From a virus (Duplodnaviria; Caudoviricetes): a stretch of 42,992 bases of DNA. The notes below the pieces were generated by a model. That model searched no databases, had not been told where the DNA came from, and was given only the letters and a program-made list of their open reading frames with translations. Positions 8,782 through 16,594 of this stretch are shown here, piece after piece (the stretch's first letter is position 1; each line of letters starts with the position of its first letter). Where the stretch lies: the IMG/VR virus record IMGVR_UViG_3300042264_000081, one strand, 5' to 3'. Position numbers and translations under genes: made by a program.

Positions 8782-9405
8782 ATGGTTGACCAAGCAAAGC
8801 CCGGTCGGAAACGGGGGCGGCCCGCAAATCCCGATGCAGCGAAGCGCAGGAACAACGTGACCATCCGGATGAGCGACGCATTGAAGGCAGCGTTGCAGGA
8901 CCGAGCGGAGGAACACGGGCGCTCGCTGAGCGAAGAAATTGAGCGACAACTCGATCGCCTGCTCGAGCAGAAAGAAATGCTTCCTGAGACACTTGAGCAG
9001 ATTTATGGTCGCCAACTCGCCGGTCTTCTTTTGCTTCTCGGCAAGGTCATGAGGGACAGCAGCCGTTCTGCCGCCTTTTCGATCGAGCCGACACTGGAAG
9101 CCGCAGAAGGTTGGATGGACCGTCCGTGGGCTTTCGAGCAGGCGGCTAAGGCTGCGGTCACAGTGATCGAGGCGGTAAGGCCGGAGGGCGAGCCGGCGCC
9201 ACCTCATTCTATTACGAAGCTTCCCGATCCGATTAAGTCGTCGATGCTCAACGTCGGCGAAAGCTTTGCCCGCACTGCCCTTCTCGCCGTGCATTCTCCC
9301 GACCGGGGACCGACGGCGTCTCTGATCAAGTTCGGCGGCGAGGTCCGCGACCTGCTTGGCCCGGCTGCCAATCGGATTGCGGAGGGGAGCCATAGCAATG
9401 GCTGA
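8782..9405 (+). CDS. Arc/ribbon-helix-helix repressor with an AT-hook-like N-terminus
   Basis: RKRGRP then VTIRMSDALKAALQDRAEEHGRSLSEEIERQL; start reassigned to the ATG after AAGGGA. Confidence 0.8.
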   Translation: MVDQAKPGRKRGRPANPDAAKRRNNVTIRMSDALKAALQDRAEEHGRSLSEEIERQLDRLLEQKEMLPETLEQIYGRQLAGLLLLLGKVMRDSSRSAAFSIEPTLEAAEGWMDRPWAFEQAAKAAVTVIEAVRPEGEPAPPHSITKLPDPIKSSMLNVGESFARTALLAVHSPDRGPTASLIKFGGEVRDLLGPAANRIAEGSHSNG

Positions 9406-10552
9406 AGGCTCGGTCCGCCAGCGCAGCCCCGGCAGCTGGGAGGTCAAGTACGACCTCGGCCGCGATCCGCAGACGGGCAAGCGGATCACGAAGTTCAAAA
9501 CGGTGAAGGGGACGAAGCGCGACGCGCAGAAGGAACTGCGGCGGCTGCTGACGACGGTCGATTCCGGGACGCACGTCGATCCTGGCAAGATGACGGTCGC
9601 CGAGTGGCTGGTCGAGTGGCTGAAGGAAGCCAAGGCGGCCGTGAGCCCGACCACCTATGAGCGCTATCACATAATCGTCACGAAACACCTTGTCCCGGCC
9701 CTCGGGTCGCACCTGCTGGCCAAGCTCGCCCCGGTGCATATCCAGAGCTACTACTCGGAGGCGCTCGTCTCCGGCCGACGCGATGGCAAGGGTGGGCTCT
9801 CTGCCCAGACGGTCCGCCACCACGACCGTGCGCTCAACGTTGCCATGAAGCGCGCCAGGGCGTTGCGGTTGATCGCGACAAACCCCGTGGAAGACGTGTC
9901 GGCGCCCAAGGTCGAGCGGCAGGAGATCGAGGTCCTCGCGCCGGAGGAAGCTGCGGCGCTGCTGAAGGCGGCCGCCGGGACGCGCCTGCATATGCCGATC
10001 TTCGTCACGCTGGCCACCGGCCTCCGACGCGGCGAGGTACTGGCGTTGCGCTGGTCGGACCTCGACCTCGACCGCGGCGTGATGACGGTCGCGCAGAGCC
10101 TCGAACAAACGGAAGCCGGTTTGCGGTTCAAGGCGCCGAAGACGAAGCGCAGCCGGCGGACGATCGCCTTGTCGGGATCCGTCGTGGAAGTGCTCCGGGC
10201 GCACCGGGCGCGGCAGGCGGCGGAGCGGCTGCAGCTTGGCCTCGGTCGCGACGCGGCGGCCCTCGTCTTCCCCCAGGTCACCGGTGAGCCCACGAACCCG
10301 CACACCTTCTCGCGGCGGTTCGCCGAACTGGTCGAGCGGGCGAAGGTCCGGCCGGTCACCTTCCACGCGCTGCGGCACACGCACTTCACCGAGCTGCTGC
10401 GCGCCGGCGTCCACCCGAAGATCGCATCCGAGCGCGCCGGGCACGCCTCAGTGTCGGTGACGATGGACGTCTACAGCCACGCCATCCCAGGCATGCAGGA
10501 AGACGCCGCCGCCCGGATAGACGAGGCGCTGCGCAAGGTCCTGGAAAGCTGA
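9398..10552 (+). CDS. int: tyrosine recombinase/integrase
   Basis: TGLRRGE, PKT, FHALRH, AGH and DVYSH catalytic motifs; GGAGG RBS before ATG 9398. Confidence 0.95.
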   Translation: MAEGSVRQRSPGSWEVKYDLGRDPQTGKRITKFKTVKGTKRDAQKELRRLLTTVDSGTHVDPGKMTVAEWLVEWLKEAKAAVSPTTYERYHIIVTKHLVPALGSHLLAKLAPVHIQSYYSEALVSGRRDGKGGLSAQTVRHHDRALNVAMKRARALRLIATNPVEDVSAPKVERQEIEVLAPEEAAALLKAAAGTRLHMPIFVTLATGLRRGEVLALRWSDLDLDRGVMTVAQSLEQTEAGLRFKAPKTKRSRRTIALSGSVVEVLRAHRARQAAERLQLGLGRDAAALVFPQVTGEPTNPHTFSRRFAELVERAKVRPVTFHALRHTHFTELLRAGVHPKIASERAGHASVSVTMDVYSHAIPGMQEDAAARIDEALRKVLES

Positions 10553-10562
10553 GGCGCCGCGC

Positions 10563-11045
10563 ATGGTCGAGAGAGGCACCATCGTCACGTCCGGCTTGGA
10601 CCGCGATCTGCTGGCCGCGATCGGCGAGGTCGCGACGGCGTCGACCGCGCTGGAGCATGTCCTGCACCTGGTAATCAAGCGACTGCATGGCGGCGGCTGG
10701 GACGCCGGAATGGAGCTCGCCCAGAAGAACCGAAACACATGGAAGGCGAAGTGCCAGATCGCGGCGAAGATCTTCCCCGGCTCCGCCGCGGCGAAGCCCG
10801 ACGAGGCCGCGTTCAAGGATCTGCTCGCCCGCATCGAGGCGGCCGGCCGGGATCGCGGCGCCTACATCCATAGCTTCGTGTTCCGCACCCGCGCCGGCGC
10901 CGAGCTGCGGCTCAATAGGGACACTCCAGTAAGCCCGGACGTGGATCAGGTGCGCGATCTCGCCGCACGTCTGTGGGCTCTCATGGTCGAGTTGAACAGG
11001 GCGGTGCCGCCCGAAAAGGCCGCTGAAGAACAACCCGGAAGCTGA
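10563..11045 (+). CDS. cargo protein, possible HEPN-like domain
   Basis: AIGEV...ALE N-terminal helix and an R-x4-H motif (RGAYIH). Confidence 0.5.
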   Translation: MVERGTIVTSGLDRDLLAAIGEVATASTALEHVLHLVIKRLHGGGWDAGMELAQKNRNTWKAKCQIAAKIFPGSAAAKPDEAAFKDLLARIEAAGRDRGAYIHSFVFRTRAGAELRLNRDTPVSPDVDQVRDLAARLWALMVELNRAVPPEKAAEEQPGS

Positions 11046-11108
11046 GGGTGGCAATCGGGTGGCAATCGGCCTCTTGCTACCTTGCCCGCTTCCGCTAAGG
11101 TGTTGAAA
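11046..11108. repeat. att arm of the left element: tandem arm-type sites plus IHF-like site
   Basis: GGGTGGCAATC x2 (11046-11067); TTTCAACACCTTA on the minus strand (11096-11108), one mismatch to WATCAANNNNTTR. Confidence 0.65.
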
Positions 11109-11117
11109 CCGAACGAC

Positions 11118-11215
11118 GGAAGGGAAACGCACCCCGGTGGGGCGCCTGGTCTTCAAAACCAGTGAGGGGGCGCAGGCCGTTCCCTGGTGGGTTCGACCCC
11201 CACTCCCTTCCGCCA
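11118..11215 (+). tRNA. selC: tRNA-Sec (anticodon UCA)
   Basis: 8-bp acceptor stem GGAAGGGA/TCCCTTCC, CTGGT-CTTCAAA-ACCAG anticodon arm, long variable arm, GTTCGAC T-loop, GCCA end; 98 nt. Confidence 0.97.
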
Positions 11216-11234
11216 GACCCCTTTTTGAGTGGAT

Positions 11235-11285
11235 TATCAATAGCTTAGGCCACTTGGATGCATCCATAGCCGGTTGATGCATCCA
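11235..11285. repeat. att arm of the right element: IHF site plus repeated sites
   Basis: TATCAATAGCTTA is a perfect IHF consensus (11235-11247); GATGCATCCA at 11257 and 11276. Confidence 0.7.
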
Positions 11286-11322
11286 AATTGCCGCTTGTTT
11301 GGGCAGGTCTAGGACGGCAGAA

Positions 11323-11784
11323 TCATAGGTGCGCCCATCGGTGCCGCTTGTGAATGGCGCTCACCGTTTGGTTGCTAACGCCGTATCTGTCCGCAACCGC
11401 TTGTTGCCTCATGCCTTCCGCAATCAGCTTCCTAATTTCTAGTACGTCCGATTCGGTAAGCCGAGAATTCGGGTTCCGTTCTCCTAATGTTTGTCGTTTG
11501 CGTTCCTTCATATCGTTGCTGTTGTCTTGTTTATCTCCTGACAACAAGTGTTCCGGGTTGCAACACGCTGGATTGTCGCAAGAATGCCTTACGAGAACGG
11601 TAGCCGGAAGGTCTTCAATTCCATTTTGCATCATATAAGACAATCTATGCATTCTAAGGAATTTACCATCTACCTTTGCCTTTCCATATCCGTCTTTATC
11701 CTTATACCCAATCCAATTCCAACAACCAGTTTCTTTATCAATCTGAATTTTGTTATTAAATCCATACACAAAACCTTTCCTCAA
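11323..11784 (-). CDS. HNH endonuclease with C-terminal HTH
   Basis: CWNW.G...GYG, HRLSY, VRHSCDNPACCNPEHL, GERNPNSRLTE motifs. Confidence 0.9.
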   Translation of the reverse strand: MRKGFVYGFNNKIQIDKETGCWNWIGYKDKDGYGKAKVDGKFLRMHRLSYMMQNGIEDLPATVLVRHSCDNPACCNPEHLLSGDKQDNSNDMKERKRQTLGERNPNSRLTESDVLEIRKLIAEGMRQQAVADRYGVSNQTVSAIHKRHRWAHL

Positions 11785-11845
11785 TTATTAACATAACAAT
11801 TATATTTATCCCACTCGTCTAACATTCCACTCAGAAAGGTAAAAT

Positions 11846-13345
11846 ATGTCCATATACACCAACGTCTACAAAGACCGCCGCACCGGCATGTACTACTATC
11901 GTAAGGTTATCCCTCCCGAACTGAGGGAGACGTTAGGACGTACTGAAATCCGTAGGAGCCTCAAAACCAAGGCACCCGGACAGGCGAAGATTGCGGCTCT
12001 AGCCGTAGCTATGGACGTAGAGAACCAGCTACAGCAAGCCCGCCAAGCGTCTGCACGAACCGACAAAGAAATAGCCGCCCTAGCTATCGAATGGCTATAT
12101 TTTCAATATGATATGGAAAATATGGATACGTACCTCGAAAAGGGTACGTTCATAAAAACCGATGATGAATTAGTTTCTTCAATCAATGCATTCATAAAAG
12201 AGAAAGGCATATCCCTTTCCGAATTTGATTATGATCGGTTCCATAAGCGTTCAATGCGTATGGCTATCGAGGTGTTCGGAACTGCTACCGGCAAGACTCC
12301 CCTATGGGAAACCTATCGGCAAACGTTCCCCAAAACTGAAATTGAGAAAAAAGCACCGGTTGTTATTACGATAACGGACCTTTTGAATAAGTGGAAAGCC
12401 GAACGCAACCCAGGCAAACAGACGGCTCACGAATTCACGATGAACGTTGAACGGTTCGTTAAGGAATTCGGCAACATGAATGTTAAGGATATTGATAAGG
12501 CATTAATGAGGGAGTTTAAAGACCGCCTCATTAATATGCCTAAGATTATTCGCGGCGAACAATTGCGTATGTCAATGTCGGAAGTGATTGCTTCCCAGGC
12601 ACCCGGCTATCAGAAAGTTTCAGCTAAGACAGTTAACAAGTACCTTGGTTATATCGGTATCATTTTTAATTGGGGGGTTAACAATGGCTATATGGAAATC
12701 AACCCATCTGCCCGGCTTTCAGTGAGTGAGAAAGGTAGCGATAAAGCCCGCATCGCTTACACACCGGAAGATATGCAGAAAATCATTGCTGCCGTGTCTG
12801 TCCATAAGAACGACAAGGCTACAGCCGAACGCTATTGGCTAACGGTACTCGCCATGTATACAGGCGCACGATTGGAGGAATTGGGGCAATCTGATATAGC
12901 CGATATCAAGAACCAAAACGGCATCATATATCTTGATATCCATAACAATGGAGAAGATAGGAGTCTTAAGACTCATAGCTCTAAGCGGTTCGTGCCGCTT
13001 CATGCAGATTTGCTAGAGCTAGGGTTTATGGATTACGTGAAGTCATTGGACGGAACAAAGCTGTTCCCCAATCTGAAACCTAATGTGAATGGTTCTCTGA
13101 CTGCTACGTTTAGTAAGTGGTATAACAAGTACGCTAGGCGAACGGTTGGCATTGAAGATAGCCGTAAGGTGTTCCACTCATTCCGTCACGCCTTCAAAGA
13201 ACGGTGCCGTGAAGCTGGCATCATGACAGAGGTACATGACAGGCTAACCGGTCATACCCCTGCGAACGTTGGCGGTAGCTATGGCGATTACCCCTTAACG
13301 GTTCTCTCTGAGGCTATAGGCAAACTCAGATTTCCTATCGTTTGA
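11846..13345 (+). CDS. int: tyrosine integrase with DUF6538-like N-terminal domain
   Basis: YYYRKVIP.EL...GR.EIRRSLKT N-terminus; YTGARLEE, LKT, FHSFRH, TGH and Y catalytic residues. Confidence 0.93.
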   Translation: MSIYTNVYKDRRTGMYYYRKVIPPELRETLGRTEIRRSLKTKAPGQAKIAALAVAMDVENQLQQARQASARTDKEIAALAIEWLYFQYDMENMDTYLEKGTFIKTDDELVSSINAFIKEKGISLSEFDYDRFHKRSMRMAIEVFGTATGKTPLWETYRQTFPKTEIEKKAPVVITITDLLNKWKAERNPGKQTAHEFTMNVERFVKEFGNMNVKDIDKALMREFKDRLINMPKIIRGEQLRMSMSEVIASQAPGYQKVSAKTVNKYLGYIGIIFNWGVNNGYMEINPSARLSVSEKGSDKARIAYTPEDMQKIIAAVSVHKNDKATAERYWLTVLAMYTGARLEELGQSDIADIKNQNGIIYLDIHNNGEDRSLKTHSSKRFVPLHADLLELGFMDYVKSLDGTKLFPNLKPNVNGSLTATFSKWYNKYARRTVGIEDSRKVFHSFRHAFKERCREAGIMTEVHDRLTGHTPANVGGSYGDYPLTVLSEAIGKLRFPIV

Positions 13346-13588
13346 AACCTGTTTCTTTCCATCTGGCAAAACAATAACTGTCACGAATGGATCATTAGTA
13401 AGGGGTATCAGCGATTGCTCTAGCTGATACTCCTTTTCTATATACGTTCCACATTTCTCGCATTTCACTTCTAGAAATCCGACAATCATTAATCCGAACA
13501 TAACGATAAACATAACGAACAATACAAACGTCATTGCCTTTCCGCTATTATCGAATATCACTTTTAAAAAATCCGCCCAACCACTCAT
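13295..13588 (-). CDS. single-pass membrane protein (possible lysis accessory)
   Basis: Hydrophobic segment TFVLFVMFIVMFGLMIVGFL; TAAATA box upstream. Confidence 0.55.
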   Translation of the reverse strand: MSGWADFLKVIFDNSGKAMTFVLFVMFIVMFGLMIVGFLEVKCEKCGTYIEKEYQLEQSLIPLTNDPFVTVIVLPDGKKQVSNDRKSEFAYSLRENR

Positions 13589-13688
13589 AGCACTTACCCA
13601 TTTCTAGAACATATAACTATTTACCCCTATCGATACATAAACTTTATTTCGCATTCCCGACACATATGCGACACTTTATTACAAATCG

Positions 13689-13696
13689 TATAAATA
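13689..13696 (+). promoter_or_regulatory. T4-type late promoter box (terminase operon)
   Basis: Exact TATAAATA, 27 nt before ATG 13724. Confidence 0.65.
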
Positions 13697-13723
13697 AGGA
13701 TACGAAATAATGGGTATTTTATT

Positions 13724-13891
13724 ATGGATTTTGAGACTATGACGTACCAAGAGATAAGAAAATTCCTAGAAGCCAAACGCAATGATGCAGATAATAACCT
13801 GCAATATGCGAATGAACTTAAGAAACAGGTTAATGAATTCATGAAAAGTAGACGCGACTCAACTGAAAAGGAGATTGATGATGGACAATAA
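13724..13891 (+). CDS. hypothetical protein (55 aa)
   Basis: Not in track; MDFETMTYQEIRKFLEAKR...; overlaps the next start. Confidence 0.6.
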   Translation: MDFETMTYQEIRKFLEAKRNDADNNLQYANELKKQVNEFMKSRRDSTEKEIDDGQ

Positions 13892-14339
13892 AGAGAAAGC
13901 GGAACATTTAGCGCATCTGAAAAAGAAACGAACCACTCGTAAGGGACTTAGAAACAAGTATCAAGATCCCAATGAAGTTCTTAGGAAGAATTTGAATAAG
14001 GCAAAATCCATAGCGTTGCAGTTCTGGAAAGATAACATTAGTGAGGCATTGGCTTATATCGACGTAGAGAACCAGATCCCCCCACGCCCAGGACCGGACG
14101 CTACACCTACACAGGTTATGCAATACAATAAGATGCTTCAATCCATGGCGATTACCAAACGTCAATATGCTTTGAACATACGCCAGTTATCTAAAATCCT
14201 TTGCGCTGATTTCCAGAAAGACGACAGAGGTATTATTTCCGGTAAAGAGAATATCAAAGCCGCTATGAAATTGCAGCAAGAAGGTATGTCTATTATTGAA
14301 GAAGCAAGAGCAAAATTGAGAAAAAAGGATAATGGATGA
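13878..14339 (+). CDS. probable terminase small subunit
   Basis: Basic helical protein overlapping the terL start; AAGGAG RBS; positional call. Confidence 0.55.
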   Translation: MMDNKEKAEHLAHLKKKRTTRKGLRNKYQDPNEVLRKNLNKAKSIALQFWKDNISEALAYIDVENQIPPRPGPDATPTQVMQYNKMLQSMAITKRQYALNIRQLSKILCADFQKDDRGIISGKENIKAAMKLQQEGMSIIEEARAKLRKKDNG

Positions 14340-15891
14340 TAAATGCACGTTTTATGAATTCGTTTTTATATGGAATGAATTATGCGGATATGATGTTCCT
14401 GAAATACATGAACGCTTCATAAATTTTATTGAGACTACCGAAGGTGTATATGACAGAAGAATCATTTACGCATTTCGTGAGTCCGGTAAATCTTATATCA
14501 TTTCATTATATGTCGCTTGGAAGATTTACTTAGATGCAAACTTCACTGCGGTTATAGTATCTGCCGAAGGTAACTTGGCCACTGAAAGAGCTAGGTTCAT
14601 TAAGGAAGTTATTGAGACACACCCTTTAACGAAACACTTAGCTCCTACAAAAGAAAACTTAAAACGCTACAATGCCAGTTCGGAAACCAGCCAACTATTA
14701 CGCAGCACATGGCGAAAGAACAACTTTACGGTAATCAGAAGCAAGGTTGATCTTGCTCCTACATGCCGTGTTCTTTCTATCGGTTCATCCTTAGCCGGTG
14801 CCCACGCTGATATTTCAATCATTGATGATGCTGAATCCGAAAAGAACGTACAGACTTCCAAAAGCCGTGAAGATTTGAAACGTAAGTTTTCTCATTTGCT
14901 TTCTGTATCTCAGAACAGAATGCTTGTAGTTGGCACACCGCATCATGAAGAAAGTCTATATGAACATCTACGTGAACATTCTGATTTTCATTGGCTAACA
15001 CAAACGCCTTATAAAGACGGCTCCCCACCTTCGCCTAAGTGGTTAGATGGCGATTTCTCCGCTTACCCTGGCGAACCAATCTGGCCGGAAGTGGTATCTA
15101 TCGAGCGACTACAGACGACTAGACGAAACTCTAGTACCGGCTTCTACATGTCTCAGTACATGTTGATTCCGTCAACAGTCACGGACTCTGTACTAGAACC
15201 AACCGCTATCAGGAATTACAAGCTAGACCTTAGAGAAAGTGATTTCGAGAGAACCGCCTTTGGTAATCCGAAAATCAGCATTGGTGAATTGTCTGTAAGA
15301 AAGATTGTCGGTTATTGGGATAGTGCGCTAGGTCAATCTTATGGGGATAGGTCAGTACTAGCTATAGCTGCCATGATGGATAATAACGACATTTACGTAT
15401 TGGATATAGTCACGTTGCCGGAAGCCGATCTAACGTTGGAACGTCCATTTGAAAAGCAATTTCGTTCTGTCTTAGCTGCGATGAAGAGATATCATTGCCG
15501 GGAGATTTACATAGAAAGCAACTTCATTAAGACATTGCCTAGCGAATTGGCGGTATATGCGAAGGCGGTTCAACAGAAGATCAAGGTTCACACTGTCAAC
15601 AGAACAAGCTCTCAAAACAAAAAGAAACTTATCACTGACACATTACAACCGGTTATCAGCTTTGGACGTTTATATATTCCGCCTCATGTCCGTTCTCACC
15701 CGCATTTTCTTATGGAAGTGAAGCATCATCCTTATTCAACGAAAGATGACTGTATCGACGCCTTAACCGGTGCGATCATGCATCTTCCAGGGGTTAAAAG
15801 CCAAGCTCATAAGGCTCCTGCAATTCGTCACGGTTTCGGAAATTCGGAAATGGGAAATAATATTATCAACCGATACACCCTAGGTTCATAA
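14332..15891 (+). CDS. terL: terminase large subunit, T7 gp19-like
   Basis: AFRESGKS Walker A, IIDDAE Walker B, VVGTP, YWDSALG and DDCIDAL nuclease motifs. Confidence 0.92.
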   Translation: MDDKCTFYEFVFIWNELCGYDVPEIHERFINFIETTEGVYDRRIIYAFRESGKSYIISLYVAWKIYLDANFTAVIVSAEGNLATERARFIKEVIETHPLTKHLAPTKENLKRYNASSETSQLLRSTWRKNNFTVIRSKVDLAPTCRVLSIGSSLAGAHADISIIDDAESEKNVQTSKSREDLKRKFSHLLSVSQNRMLVVGTPHHEESLYEHLREHSDFHWLTQTPYKDGSPPSPKWLDGDFSAYPGEPIWPEVVSIERLQTTRRNSSTGFYMSQYMLIPSTVTDSVLEPTAIRNYKLDLRESDFERTAFGNPKISIGELSVRKIVGYWDSALGQSYGDRSVLAIAAMMDNNDIYVLDIVTLPEADLTLERPFEKQFRSVLAAMKRYHCREIYIESNFIKTLPSELAVYAKAVQQKIKVHTVNRTSSQNKKKLITDTLQPVISFGRLYIPPHVRSHPHFLMEVKHHPYSTKDDCIDALTGAIMHLPGVKSQAHKAPAIRHGFGNSEMGNNIINRYTLGS

Positions 15892-15904
15892 CCCACATTC
15901 CTGT

Positions 15905-15936
15905 TTGACATTCATACCGGAATCATGCTGCTATCC
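15905..15936 (+). promoter_or_regulatory. probable host sigma70 promoter of a moron gene
   Basis: TTGACA at 15905; -10 element weak. Confidence 0.4.
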
Positions 15937-15969
15937 GTTTCGGTACGGTTCATATGGAGGTTCTAGGTT

Positions 15970-16407
15970 ATGGCTAAGGCTCCCGCTTCCTCGCAGCCCA
16001 TGCTTGCCGGTTTCAAACTGGTCACTGAGGCAAAGCCCATCGGGAATGCAGCGGTACAGAAAGACCCTATCGCCAACTTCAAAGGCGGAATCGACAAACA
16101 GCTAGAATTCGTTGAACTGGAGTTGGCAGGTAAGCCCCTGCCCATGACGAATAAGGGACGCAAGGTGCGTCTGGCCTACTTCCGCAAGGGTGGCGTCTGG
16201 TACATCACGTTGAAGTACGGGAACACGAACCTCCTGATCGATGGTCGCGGCACTGTGGAAGCTGGCCCGACGCTGGAGAACGTGAAACAGGCGTTTGAAG
16301 CCATCAGGAACGCGGCGGACAACGAATTGAGGGAACCGATCACCGAAGCTGCCGACGCTATCGGTGCACGGCTTAAGGGTCGTACAGGACGCAAGAAAGC
16401 CGCATAG
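15970..16407 (+). CDS. moron protein, DUF6641-like
   Basis: GGAGG RBS, higher GC than neighbours, own terminator; family call from memory of the WY.TLKYG motif. Confidence 0.55.
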   Translation: MAKAPASSQPMLAGFKLVTEAKPIGNAAVQKDPIANFKGGIDKQLEFVELELAGKPLPMTNKGRKVRLAYFRKGGVWYITLKYGNTNLLIDGRGTVEAGPTLENVKQAFEAIRNAADNELREPITEAADAIGARLKGRTGRKKAA

Positions 16408-16436
16408 CCTAGCGGTCACATTCGGCACACAAGAAT

Positions 16437-16468
16437 GAGGGGAGCTATCACGGCTCCCCTCTCTTTTT
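16437..16468 (+). terminator. intrinsic terminator
   Basis: GAGGGGAGC-loop-GCTCCCCTC followed by a T-run. Confidence 0.8.
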
Positions 16469-16594
16469 GTCTCTATGGTCCCAGGATCGATGCAGCCACG
16501 AGCCTACCCAGATTGAAGATTGGCGCGGCTACAGCGTTCTCGAAATACGGGTAACAGGGACGACCTGCCCCGACTGCCACCTCATACGACACGC

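Larger units (their letters stand above)
1..11110. mobile_element. GC-rich phage satellite (PICI-like) or reduced prophage, left end outside window
   Basis: int / Arc repressor / xis / rep / terS / protease / tape-measure gene order; ends in tandem arm-like repeats just 5' of selC. Confidence 0.8.

Noticed and set aside
1-11045. Many long overlapping ORFs in alternative frames (e.g. 554..1417, 1485..2663, 4320..5342, 9326..10444)
   Set aside because: Shadow ORFs of high-GC DNA: Arg/Pro/Ala-rich and antisense to, or out of frame with, recognisable genes
11118-11215. Element-encoded selenocysteine recoding
   Set aside because: No in-frame TGA with SECIS, and no selA/selB, noticed; selC is best explained as an integration target
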